In this document: positions 9,322 through 18,301 of the stretch, piece after piece
Layout of the letters: each line of letters opens with the position of its first letter
Position numbering within the stretch: the first letter of the stretch is position 1
Source of the DNA: an uncultured archaeon
GTDB taxonomy: Archaea; Altiarchaeota; Altiarchaeia; IMC4; SCGC-AAA252-I15
DNA: 48,653 nucleotides
Direction: 5' to 3'
Assembly (NCBI GenBank): GCA_902384455.1
Contig: CABMCB010000072.1
Coordinates: 1-48,653, forward strand
Notes under the pieces: generated by a model
What the model was told of the DNA's origin: nothing
The model's database searches: none
The model's input: only the letters and a program-made list of their open reading frames with translations
Program-made: the position numbers and the translations under genes

Positions 9322-9685
9322 TGTGATGCCTCAGGAGATTGAGGTTTGGTATATTATTCCGTCTCTTCGTCGTGAGATAGCCAAGCATTTGGTGGCTGAG
9401 AGGGGTTTTCCTCAGAAGAAGGTGGCGGGTTTGTTGGGTGTTACCGAGTCTGCTGTCAGCCAGTACCTTAAGGATAAGAGGGCGAAGGGCGTGGATTTCA
9501 ATCCCGAAACCAAAAAGCTCATTTACGATGCCGCTGATAGGATTGGCGACAATAAGGCGTCGGCTTTGGAGGAGATTTGCCGTCTGTGCGAGGCGGTGAA
9601 GGCGTCTAAGTGGATGTGCAGCGTCCACAGGAAGTATGACGAGAACCTTCCCGGCAACTGCGACGTTTGCGGGAGAAGAAAGTAA
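9314..9685 (+). CDS. XRE-type HTH regulator with Cys-rich C-terminus (COG2522-like)
   Basis: IPSLRREIAKHL...PQKKVAGLLGVTESAVSQYLKDKRA HTH; CRLC-x9-CSVH-x10-CDVC; alternative start ATG at 9326. Confidence 0.85.
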   Translation: MANVMPQEIEVWYIIPSLRREIAKHLVAERGFPQKKVAGLLGVTESAVSQYLKDKRAKGVDFNPETKKLIYDAADRIGDNKASALEEICRLCEAVKASKWMCSVHRKYDENLPGNCDVCGRRK

Positions 9686-9705
9686 GTCTGCCCCTTTATG
9701 GCATA

Positions 9706-9729
9706 TTTATATATTAACGATAGTTAATA
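9706..9729 (+). promoter_or_regulatory. suf promoter: TATA box plus perfect operator
   Basis: TTTATATA (9706-9713) abutting TATTAAC-GATA-GTTAATA (9712-9729). Confidence 0.75.
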
Positions 9730-9762
9730 CTGCTTACATCTCCCCTATACAGCACCTTCCCC

Positions 9763-11163
9763 ATGCAGGAACACAAAGTTCACCCTCCGGCAATACACGC
9801 GCACCCCTACGAAGAGAGAATTCGCCTCAGAACGCCCCCCGGAATAAACCGCGACGTAGTAGAAGCAATAAGCCACTTCAAAGGCGAACCCGAATGGATG
9901 CTCGCGCACCGACTACAATGCCTTGAAATATTCGAGAAAATCCCAACGCCAGCCTGGGGCCCAGACTTATCTAACCTGGACCTGAACGCCATAACCTACT
10001 TCATCCAACCCCCAGCCGACAGAAACAGCCGGACATGGGAAGAAGTGCCCCCAGAAATACGCGAAACATTCGAACGCCTCGGAATCCCCCAAGCGGAACG
10101 CGAAGCACTATCCGGAGTAGGCGCCCAATACGAAAGCGAAGTCGTCTACCACAACATGAAAAAAACCCTTGAAGACCAAGGCGTCACATTCATGGACTGC
10201 GACCTAGCGCTCAAAAAACACGAAGAACTATTCCACAAACACTTCATGAAAGTCGTACCCCCAAACCTCCACAAATTCAGCGCACTACACGGCGCAGTCT
10301 GGAGCGGAGGCACATTCCTACACGTACCCAAAGGAGTCAAAATAGACCTGCCCCTGCAAGCCTACTTCAGAATGAACGCCCTCAAAATGGGGCAATTCGA
10401 ACACACACTCATAATAGCCGAAGAAGGCGCTCAAGTCCACTACATAGAAGGATGCAGCGCCCCAATGTACCTCGGCCAAAACAGCCTCCACGCAGGATGC
10501 GTCGAAATACACGCCAAAAGAAAGTCGCGCGTCCGCTACAGCAGCGTGGAAAACTGGAGTAAAAACACATACAACCTCAACACCAAAAGAGCCCACATAT
10601 ACGAAGGCGCGACAATGGAATGGGTCGGCGGCAACCTAGGCGCAGGAGTAACAATGCTCTACCCATCAAGCGTACTCGTGGAAAGAAACGCCCGCGCAGA
10701 CCACATAAGCGTAGCATACGCAGGAAAAGGCCAAAACCAAGACATCGGCGCCAAAATATACCACATAGCGCCCAACACCAAAAGCGTAGTCAAAAGCAAA
10801 AGCATAAGCAAAGAAGGCGGCATCACCACATACCGCGGAATGCTCCACGTATCAAAAGAAGCGCACAACTGCATGGCAAGCGTAACATGCGACGGACTAA
10901 TCATGGACGCAGAAAGCAAAAGCAACACACACCCAGTCATGAACGTCCAAAACGAAAACGTCGACATAGCGCACGAAGCAACAGTCGGCCGCATAAGCAA
11001 CGAGCAGCTTTTCTACCTCATGAGCAGAGGGCTAAGTAAGGAGCAGGCGATTCAGATGATTGTTTCAGGGTTCATAGAGCCTGTAGTAAAGGAGCTGCCG
11101 CTGGAGTACGCGGTGGAACTCAACCGCATAATATCGATGGAAATGGAGGGGAAAGTCGGATAA
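9763..11163 (+). CDS. sufB: Fe-S cluster assembly protein SufB
   Basis: EPEWML, GVGAQYESEVVY, AVWSGGTF, GQFEHTLII, YIEGCSAP, HEATVG, ELPLEYAVELNR. Confidence 0.95.
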   Translation: MQEHKVHPPAIHAHPYEERIRLRTPPGINRDVVEAISHFKGEPEWMLAHRLQCLEIFEKIPTPAWGPDLSNLDLNAITYFIQPPADRNSRTWEEVPPEIRETFERLGIPQAEREALSGVGAQYESEVVYHNMKKTLEDQGVTFMDCDLALKKHEELFHKHFMKVVPPNLHKFSALHGAVWSGGTFLHVPKGVKIDLPLQAYFRMNALKMGQFEHTLIIAEEGAQVHYIEGCSAPMYLGQNSLHAGCVEIHAKRKSRVRYSSVENWSKNTYNLNTKRAHIYEGATMEWVGGNLGAGVTMLYPSSVLVERNARADHISVAYAGKGQNQDIGAKIYHIAPNTKSVVKSKSISKEGGITTYRGMLHVSKEAHNCMASVTCDGLIMDAESKSNTHPVMNVQNENVDIAHEATVGRISNEQLFYLMSRGLSKEQAIQMIVSGFIEPVVKELPLEYAVELNRIISMEMEGKVG

Positions 11164-11164
11164 G

Positions 11165-12352
11165 ATGGAGGAAGACCTAAAACGCCACGTAAAGAAAATT
11201 GGCGAAAAAACGGGCGAACCAGACTGGCTCACAGAAATAAAACTAAAAGCAGCCCACGAATACGCCCGCCTACCAGAACCGTCACCCCGCCTAGGACTAC
11301 ACATAAACCGCCCAACAGACCGGGGAAATTGGGCAAAACTACCCACACACCAACGCGACCTAAGGTGGACCGGCACAGGCGAAGTACTAGTCCAACCGCT
11401 GACAGACGCCGCCAAAACAAACGAAAAAGAAGTCAGAAAACTGCTGTACTCCGAAGCCGCATACACGGCAGGCCGCTATGAGGCGTTGCATTCGGCTTTG
11501 GTTTCGCGGGGTCTTTATGTTGATGTTCCTGACGGGGTTGGCGGCGTGAAGATTATTATCGACGACGTTCTGTCTGAAGGCGCGTCATATGATCATCTGC
11601 TTGTTCATGTCGGCAAGAATTCGTCTGCGACTATTGTTAACCGCCGTTTAAGCGAGGGGTTAGGAAGCGCTTACCACAGCGAAGGAGCGGAGTTGTTTTT
11701 GGAGGACGGGGCAAATTTGACTTACGCTCCCGTTCAGGCATATGGCGCGGGAGTCCGCCATTATGAGACGCGTTGCGCTGTTGTAGGCAAGAACGCGCGC
11801 CTCAATTTGGTGACTTCGGACGCAGGCGGGTCTTTGGCTCAAGTCGAAAGCCGCACGCGCCTTAGCCGGCAAGGAGGTCAAGTCAACATAATGGGCCTGT
11901 TGTTTGGGGGGCTTGAGCAGACTATCGACGTGAACGTGAGCGTCCTGCATGAGGCGGCAAACACGGAAAGCAACATTCTGCTTAGAAACGTCCTTGCGGA
12001 CAAAGCCAAGGCGATAGTCAGGGGACTCATAAACGTCGCAGAAAACGCGCCTTCAAGCGTGGGATACCAAAAGGAAGACACTCTCCTCTTGTCGCCCACA
12101 ACCGAGGCGAGCGTCATACCAAACCTAGAAATAAACAACAACGACGTCCGGTGCACCCACGCATCCAGCATAACCCACATAGACGACGAAAAACTGTTTT
12201 ACCTCAAATCGCGCGGAATACACCCTGAAGAAGGCCGCAAGCTCATCATCGAAGGGTTCATCGAGCCGATAATGAAGGCGCTTCCGGAGGACACTACGCG
12301 CGCCACATTAAGCGAGCACATACTCCTTCAGGCAACCCATAAACCACAATGA
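11165..12352 (+). CDS. sufD: Fe-S cluster assembly protein SufD
   Basis: Beta-helix SufBD fold; PNLEINNNDVRCTHAS, LFYLKSRGI. Confidence 0.9.
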   Translation: MEEDLKRHVKKIGEKTGEPDWLTEIKLKAAHEYARLPEPSPRLGLHINRPTDRGNWAKLPTHQRDLRWTGTGEVLVQPLTDAAKTNEKEVRKLLYSEAAYTAGRYEALHSALVSRGLYVDVPDGVGGVKIIIDDVLSEGASYDHLLVHVGKNSSATIVNRRLSEGLGSAYHSEGAELFLEDGANLTYAPVQAYGAGVRHYETRCAVVGKNARLNLVTSDAGGSLAQVESRTRLSRQGGQVNIMGLLFGGLEQTIDVNVSVLHEAANTESNILLRNVLADKAKAIVRGLINVAENAPSSVGYQKEDTLLLSPTTEASVIPNLEINNNDVRCTHASSITHIDDEKLFYLKSRGIHPEEGRKLIIEGFIEPIMKALPEDTTRATLSEHILLQATHKPQ

Positions 12353-13566
12353 ACGCAAAAAAAATCAGGGCGGACTTCCCGGTCCTCACAAGGAAAATCC
12401 ACGGCAAACGCCTGGTATACCTGGATAACGCGGCAACAACGCAGAAGCCGACGCAGGTAATAGACGCACTTACGAACTACTATACCGGCTACAACAGCAA
12501 CGTCCACCGGGGGATACACACGTTAAGCATCGAAGCCACAAACGCCTACGACGAAGCCCGTAAAAAAATATCTTCGTTCTTCAACGCGCAATACGACGAA
12601 ACCATATTCACCCGAGGAACCACAGAATCCATAAACCTACTCGCATACACCCTCGAACGTTTACTACCCAAAGGCGGAGACATAGCGATAACCCAGATGG
12701 AACACCACAGCAACCTGGTGCCCTGGCAGCAGTACGCCCAAAGAACAGGAGCAAACCTGCGCATAATAAAAATCGACGAAGAAGGACGCCTCGACATGAA
12801 CTCCGCAGAAGAAACGATAACAGACAAAACCCGGATACTCGCGTTCGCCCACATGAGCAACGTACTTGGCACAATAAACGACGTAAACGCGCTCACCAAA
12901 ATAGCCTCCGACCACGGCGCCATCACAATACTCGACGCCGCACAAAGCGCAACCCACATCCCAATCAACTTCAAAAAAACGTCCGCCGACTTCCTCGCCG
13001 CAAGCGGACACAAAATGCTCGGTCCAACAGGCATAGGCATCCTAATAGGAAAAAGAGAAAGACTCGAATTGCTTCCTCCGTTCCACTTCGGCGGAGAAAT
13101 GATACGCGAAGTCCACTACAACAAATCCATATGGAACAACCCCCCCTACAAGTTCGAGGCGGGAACCCCAAACATCGCAGGCGCAATAGGATACGGCGCA
13201 GCAACAGACTACCTAAACAAAATAAGCATGAGCGAAATACAAGAACACGGAAAAAAACTCACCTCCTACGCGATAAAAAAACTAGAGCAAACAGGCGCCA
13301 CAACATACGGCCCCAAAGACAGCGACAGAGGACCGGTCATAAGCTTCAACCTGGACGGGATACACCCCCACGACGCAGGAAGCCTCCTTGACGACCAAGG
13401 CATAGCGGTACGCGCAGGACACCACTGCGCAATGCCACTCATGGAACTGCTTCAAGTGCCAGCCACAATACGCGCAAGCTTCTCAATATACAACGACAAA
13501 GACGACGTCGACGCGCTAATAGACGGCGTCGAATACGTGAAAAAAGTATTCGGAGGCCGCCTATGA
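12349..13566 (+). CDS. sufS: Cysteine desulfurase (group II)
   Basis: YLDNAATTQKP, NVHRG, MEHHSNLVPW, SGHKMLGPTG (PLP Lys), RAGHHCA. Confidence 0.95.
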   Translation: MNAKKIRADFPVLTRKIHGKRLVYLDNAATTQKPTQVIDALTNYYTGYNSNVHRGIHTLSIEATNAYDEARKKISSFFNAQYDETIFTRGTTESINLLAYTLERLLPKGGDIAITQMEHHSNLVPWQQYAQRTGANLRIIKIDEEGRLDMNSAEETITDKTRILAFAHMSNVLGTINDVNALTKIASDHGAITILDAAQSATHIPINFKKTSADFLAASGHKMLGPTGIGILIGKRERLELLPPFHFGGEMIREVHYNKSIWNNPPYKFEAGTPNIAGAIGYGAATDYLNKISMSEIQEHGKKLTSYAIKKLEQTGATTYGPKDSDRGPVISFNLDGIHPHDAGSLLDDQGIAVRAGHHCAMPLMELLQVPATIRASFSIYNDKDDVDALIDGVEYVKKVFGGRL

Positions 13567-13976
13567 AAGATTCCTCTTTGATGTACACTGAGGCGATACT
13601 TGACCACTACAAGAACCCCCGAAACAGCGGGAATATCGCTGACGCGCAAATCAGGCAGCGCGGAATCAACCCCATATGCGGCGACGACATAGAGTTGACT
13701 TTAAAGGTAGAGGCGGACGTGGTCAAAGACGCCAAATTCACCTCAAACTCATGCGCCATAAGCACCGCGTCAGCCGACATGCTACTAACTAAAATCAAAG
13801 GCAAAACAATCGCGCAAGCCGAATCAATAACAAGCGACGACGCGGTGTCGGCCCTGCACATACCCATATCGCCCGCCAGAATCAAATGCGCGGTGCTACC
13901 TCTTGTCACATTAAAAGACGGCATAAACTCATTCAAGAAAAAAAGCAAGGAAAACAAAACAAGCACCACGGAGTAA
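13563..13976 (+). CDS. sufU: SufU/IscU-family sulfur-transfer or scaffold protein
   Basis: ILDHYKNPRN, NPICGDDI, SCAISTAS, RIKCA. Confidence 0.88.
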   Translation: MKDSSLMYTEAILDHYKNPRNSGNIADAQIRQRGINPICGDDIELTLKVEADVVKDAKFTSNSCAISTASADMLLTKIKGKTIAQAESITSDDAVSALHIPISPARIKCAVLPLVTLKDGINSFKKKSKENKTSTTE

Positions 13977-13980
13977 AACA

Positions 13981-14727
13981 ATGACAGGCCAACTCGAAAT
14001 AGTGGACCTCCACGTCTCAGTCGGAGGAAAAGAAATACTCAAAGGAATCACACTCACAATACACGCCGGAGAAGTCGTCGCGCTAATGGGCCCAAACGGC
14101 AGCGGAAAAAGCACCCTCTCCTACGCAATAGCCGGCCACCCAGACTACGAAATAACCCGCGGAAGCATAATCCTAAACGGCAAAGAAATCACCCGCGCCA
14201 CCGCCGACGAACGCTCACGGCAAGGCCTATTCCTATCCTTCCAGTACCCAGTGTCCATACCCGGAGTAACAGTCGCCAACTTCCTGCGGACCGCATTAAA
14301 CGCGCACCGCCCCCAAAACGAACCAATAGACGTAATCGAGTTCTACGAGCTGCTGAACCAGAAAATCAAGGCCCTCAAAATAAGCGAAGACTTCGTAAAC
14401 AGGCACCTTAACGAAGGATTCTCAGGCGGAGAAAAAAAGAGGATGGAAATACTCCAAATGTCAATACTCACGCCAAACTACGCAATACTAGACGAAACAG
14501 ACTCCGGACTAGACGTAGACGCCCTCAAAATAGTCGCCGAAGGAATAAACGCTCAAAGAAACCCCAACCTAGGCGTACTGCTAATAACCCACTACGAACG
14601 CATACTCTCCTACATAAAACCCGACAAAGCAGTAGTCATGGTGAAAGGCCGCATAATGGACTCCGGGGGGCCTGAGCTGGTCAGGGCCATTGAGGCGGAA
14701 GGATACGACCGGTGGGTAAAGGAGTAA
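13981..14727 (+). CDS. sufC: Fe-S cluster assembly ATPase SufC
   Basis: GPNGSGKST, FQYPVSIPGV, NEGFSGGEKKR, LDETDSGLD, ITHY. Confidence 0.95.
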   Translation: MTGQLEIVDLHVSVGGKEILKGITLTIHAGEVVALMGPNGSGKSTLSYAIAGHPDYEITRGSIILNGKEITRATADERSRQGLFLSFQYPVSIPGVTVANFLRTALNAHRPQNEPIDVIEFYELLNQKIKALKISEDFVNRHLNEGFSGGEKKRMEILQMSILTPNYAILDETDSGLDVDALKIVAEGINAQRNPNLGVLLITHYERILSYIKPDKAVVMVKGRIMDSGGPELVRAIEAEGYDRWVKE

Positions 14728-14785
14728 GACCCCTAAGTAAGCCGCAGTCGGTCGGCCTTAGTTTGATTTGGGTGCGGGCTGGACT

Positions 14786-15208
14786 CTACTTCTTCTTCTC
14801 GTATACTACGGCTGGGTCGAACTGCGGTTTTTTGCCGTCTACGAGTTTGAGTTTTCCTTTACCCAGTTTCCTGTAGAAGCATGTGTTGTAGCCTGTGTGG
14901 CAGGCTGCGCCGCCAATCTGGTCTATCAAAAGCACGAGTGCGTCCTGGTCGCAGTCGACAAGAATCTCTTTGACCCGCTGGAAGTTGCGGCTTGATTCCC
15001 CCTTCTTCCACAGTTTGTTCCTGCTTCTGCTGAAGTAGGTGGCCGTGCCGCTTTTTACCGTCTCCTGAAAAGCTTCCTTGTTCATGTAAGCTACCATCAA
15101 CACTTCCTTGGTCTTGTAGTCTTGGGCTACGGCGGTAATTAGGCCTCCGGCCTTATCGAAGTTGATTACAAGCGGCGCGTCAGGCGCCTCGGTTTCGTTT
15201 ACTGTCAT
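14786..15208 (-). CDS. hisI: Phosphoribosyl-AMP cyclohydrolase
   Basis: YFSRSRNKLWKKGESS, DCDQD, ACHTGYNTCF. Confidence 0.92.
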   Translation of the reverse strand: MTVNETEAPDAPLVINFDKAGGLITAVAQDYKTKEVLMVAYMNKEAFQETVKSGTATYFSRSRNKLWKKGESSRNFQRVKEILVDCDQDALVLLIDQIGGAACHTGYNTCFYRKLGKGKLKLVDGKKPQFDPAVVYEKKK

Positions 15209-15423
15209 TTTTTATCTCCTTTCTGTAGTGAACCCATTATCTTCTTCCATTCTCCTTCGGGCAGGACGCGTCCTGAGTCGGGCAGCATTATGGGGACGTC
15301 GTCTTCTACCTTGTATGTTCGCCTGCAGCTTTTGTTCTCGCACACGAGTGAGACGCCTACTTGTTTTACATGCGTCTTGCAGACGGGGCATGCTAGTATC
15401 CTCAGAAGCTGCGAGTCAACCAT
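15205..15423 (-). CDS. Trm112/YcaR-family methyltransferase activator
   Basis: LLRILACPVCK...LVCENKSCRRTYKVEDDVPIML; ATG at 15423. Confidence 0.85.
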   Translation of the reverse strand: MVDSQLLRILACPVCKTHVKQVGVSLVCENKSCRRTYKVEDDVPIMLPDSGRVLPEGEWKKIMGSLQKGDKK

Positions 15424-15612
15424 CAGGTTACGTATTGTTTTCCCAAACCTAAATACGGTGGGGGGCAACTACTCAAGAGCCTAATGTCGGTGTCACAGCC
15501 AAAATCCTAAAGCGGATTGTGAGAAATTTTGCGATTCAATTGCAGCGTAAACGATGTAATACAAGCAGAGGTTGTAATCACGGATTAATTTAAATAACTC
15601 TTAAACGATAAG

Positions 15613-16410
15613 GTGCAAGCAGGCCTCAAAGATAAATCCGCAGCAACTGGCGGACTTCCGCGTCCTCTAGACCTAAATGCAACACTTAACCCAAAAGAAG
15701 AGTTGATAAAGGATAGGTGGCTTTGTACTGCGTATGAGGCGTGGAGAATCAAAATCCACATCATAGACCACCTCGCCGAAACCAGCCGGAGAACAGGCTG
15801 CCCTATGCTCGTTGTAGCTAACGGCACCAACGGAAAACACCTTCTTGAGGCCATGAAGCACGAACTCGACGCGGAAGGCATAAAATACGCCAGCAAAGAC
15901 GTTAGTTCAACCCGCATGGACATGGAGCCAAGACACGTTCCGACAGACCTTTTTACCGAAAGAGAGAAACACGTTTTAGCCGGAAAACCGCACATAGTCG
16001 TCGTTCTAGACACTACCACAAGCACTTTACTCCCTCCGGCATCCCATGTAGGCTATCAAAACTACTTTGATTTCTTTCCTTTCCAGCCCCCGTACCAGTT
16101 CGCCATATCCCATCTGGGAAACGTGGGTGTTTACTCAGGCAGGCAAAGCGGAAATCCCCTGTACGCCAGCCGAGAAGTTTCAGAGTTACAGCCGCCCATT
16201 GTAGTGTTTGCGAGCGGCAGCCTAAGTGACGCCGACCCCAGGATTACCGACTCTTTAACACAGATGGTCTACGCCCCAGGAGCATGCGACAGCAAATTCA
16301 TATGCGAACTCGAGAACGTGAGGGTACATGACGCCCAAACCAAAAAAAGTATACCTATCGCACAGTACAGTTACGAGAAAGTCAAAGAAATTTGCGGCGA
16401 CAGAAGATAA
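15613..16410 (+). CDS. Hypothetical protein (weak PRTase-like alpha/beta pattern)
   Basis: 265-aa ORF filling the gap; LVVANGTNG and HIVVVLDTTTS loosely recall PRT motifs; start uncertain. Confidence 0.5.
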   Translation: MQAGLKDKSAATGGLPRPLDLNATLNPKEELIKDRWLCTAYEAWRIKIHIIDHLAETSRRTGCPMLVVANGTNGKHLLEAMKHELDAEGIKYASKDVSSTRMDMEPRHVPTDLFTEREKHVLAGKPHIVVVLDTTTSTLLPPASHVGYQNYFDFFPFQPPYQFAISHLGNVGVYSGRQSGNPLYASREVSELQPPIVVFASGSLSDADPRITDSLTQMVYAPGACDSKFICELENVRVHDAQTKKSIPIAQYSYEKVKEICGDRR

Positions 16411-16426
16411 CGCATTTAACGCCCTC

Positions 16427-17707
16427 CTACTTCAACTCAAGATGCTTTATGCCGTTCATGTACGGCCTTAGGGCGTCGGGAACTGTGACTGAGCCGTCTT
16501 CCTTCTGGTAGACTTCGAGTATTATGCGAAGCGCCCGTGCGGTCGCAATCATGGTGTTGTTTAAAGTGTGGAGCGTCTCCTTGCTTGCGCCGTGGCGGCC
16601 CATCCTTATGTTGAGGCGGCGCGCCTGGTAGTCCGTGCAGTTGCTGCAGCTCATAAGCTCAATGTACTTCTGCTCTCTCGGACTCCACCCTTCAACGTCG
16701 TATTTTTTCGCCGCAACCGTCCCTATGTCGCCTGTGCACACGTTTACGACGCGGTAAGGAATCTTAAGTTTCTGAAGCAGGTCTTCGCTGTTCCTCAAAA
16801 GCTCCTCGTGGAATGCGGGGCTGTCCTGCGGCTTACAGAAAATAAACTGCTCAATCTTGTTGAACTGATGCACCCTAAACAATCCGCGCTCGTCCAGCCC
16901 ATGCTTGCCTATCTCCTTCCTAAAGCAGGCGGAAACTCCCGCATACTTAATCGGCAAAGCATCCTCAGATATCACCTCATCCATATGGAACGCCGCCATA
17001 GGATGCTCGCTTGTGGCAATCAAGTAAAGGTCGTCGCCTTCAATCTTGTACATGACGTTCTCAAAGTCGGCAAGGTCAGTGACTCCCTCGTAAGGGCGCC
17101 GTCGCATCAAAAACGGCGGCGCAACAGGAGTAAAACCCCGCTCAACCAGAATGTCCAACGCAAGACGCTGAAGAGCCAAATCCATCAAAACAAGCGGCCC
17201 CTTAAGCGCATAGAATCCCGCGCCGCTAACCTTAACCGCCCGCTCAAAGTCTGCGCCGCCCAAAGCGACGGCAATCTCCCCGTGATGCCTGATGGAAAAC
17301 GCCGGCACATAAGGCTCGCCAACCCGACGAACCTCCACATTATCCTCAGAAGACTTCCCAAAAGGAACAGAATCATCAAGCAAATTAGGCAAAGAAAGAA
17401 GCAACTTATCCCCCCTTTCACGCAAAGAAGCAAGCCCCTCATCACCCGCCTTAATCAACTGCGGAATACGCTTAGCCTCCTCAAACACCGCCGACACGTC
17501 GCGGCCATCCTTCTTCCCCACCTTAATCTCATCGCTCAGCTTGTTCCTCCGCGCCCTAAGAGCTTCAACCTCCTTTTTTTTCTGCTTCCACAGCGCATCC
17601 AAATCGACCAGTTCATTAAGCCGTTTGAGGTGGGCAGCATCCCCTCTACGGTGGATGTTCTCCTTAACGCGCGCGGGATCATCCCTTATGAGGTTTATGT
17701 CAAGCAT
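16427..17707 (-). CDS. serS: Seryl-tRNA synthetase (standard type)
   Basis: MLDINLIR coiled coil, LIATSEHP, CFRKEIG...GLFRVHQFNKIE, SCSNCTDYQARR, HTLNNT. Confidence 0.95.
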   Translation of the reverse strand: MLDINLIRDDPARVKENIHRRGDAAHLKRLNELVDLDALWKQKKKEVEALRARRNKLSDEIKVGKKDGRDVSAVFEEAKRIPQLIKAGDEGLASLRERGDKLLLSLPNLLDDSVPFGKSSEDNVEVRRVGEPYVPAFSIRHHGEIAVALGGADFERAVKVSGAGFYALKGPLVLMDLALQRLALDILVERGFTPVAPPFLMRRRPYEGVTDLADFENVMYKIEGDDLYLIATSEHPMAAFHMDEVISEDALPIKYAGVSACFRKEIGKHGLDERGLFRVHQFNKIEQFIFCKPQDSPAFHEELLRNSEDLLQKLKIPYRVVNVCTGDIGTVAAKKYDVEGWSPREQKYIELMSCSNCTDYQARRLNIRMGRHGASKETLHTLNNTMIATARALRIILEVYQKEDGSVTVPDALRPYMNGIKHLELK

Positions 17708-17883
17708 ACGCAGGCAACTATGGGATTCGCAGAAATAAAACCACTGCGAAGTCACATACGCGCATCCAGCCTGAACCCACCGAAGTTCAAGGCGCAAACG
17801 CCCCCAAAAAAGTTTTTATAGGCTAAGAGATAATACTACCTCATTTTACCATATTGCGAGAATAGGAATAGGTGAACAATCAA

Positions 17884-18207
17884 ATGACTACGAAGGGGAA
17901 ATCGACCGAAAAAAAGTCCTCCGCCAAAAAAGCGGGGGCGCCAAAAAAAGCAGCCGCAAAAAAAACTGAAAAAACCGCAAAGCCAACCGCCAAAAAGTCC
18001 ACCATAACCAAAAAAGCGGCAAAAGGCAAGAAAGGCGACGAAAAATCCAAGAAAAAACTGCGCCTAATCGACGAACTAAGCAAAATAGAAGACGAAAAAG
18101 ACGAAGCACTCAAAGGAATAGAAGAAGAAGAGCGCGTCGCATACCTAGAAGAATTCCGCGACGTAGAAGCCGCGGAAGAACCAGCACCCAGCAGCGAAGA
18201 ATTCTAG
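17884..18207 (+). CDS. Small Lys/Ala-rich (histone H1-like) protein with acidic C-terminus
   Basis: KKSSAKKAGAPKKAAAKK... followed by a Glu/Asp-rich tail; GGTGA RBS at 17871; TTTTTATA at 17813. Confidence 0.7.
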   Translation: MTTKGKSTEKKSSAKKAGAPKKAAAKKTEKTAKPTAKKSTITKKAAKGKKGDEKSKKKLRLIDELSKIEDEKDEALKGIEEEERVAYLEEFRDVEAAEEPAPSSEEF

Positions 18208-18240
18208 GCCCCAGCCTACGGTTGGGGCCGAAATCCTTTT
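18207..18240 (+). terminator. Hairpin after the H1-like gene
   Basis: GGCCCCAGCC-TAC-GGTTGGGGCC followed by CCTTTT. Confidence 0.4.
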
Positions 18241-18301
18241 ATACTGCTAAACGCATTATTGGCTACACTTACTCTTCACGTCTAATCTGAAGGCTTAAAA
18301 A

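Noticed and set aside
9714-9727. Motif as the known SurR site (GTT-N3-AAC)
   Set aside because: Arm order and spacing differ (AAC-N4-GTT) and no GTT-N3-AAC core is present
16568-17821. 417-aa plus-strand ORF
   Set aside because: Antisense shadow of serS with no recognisable motifs
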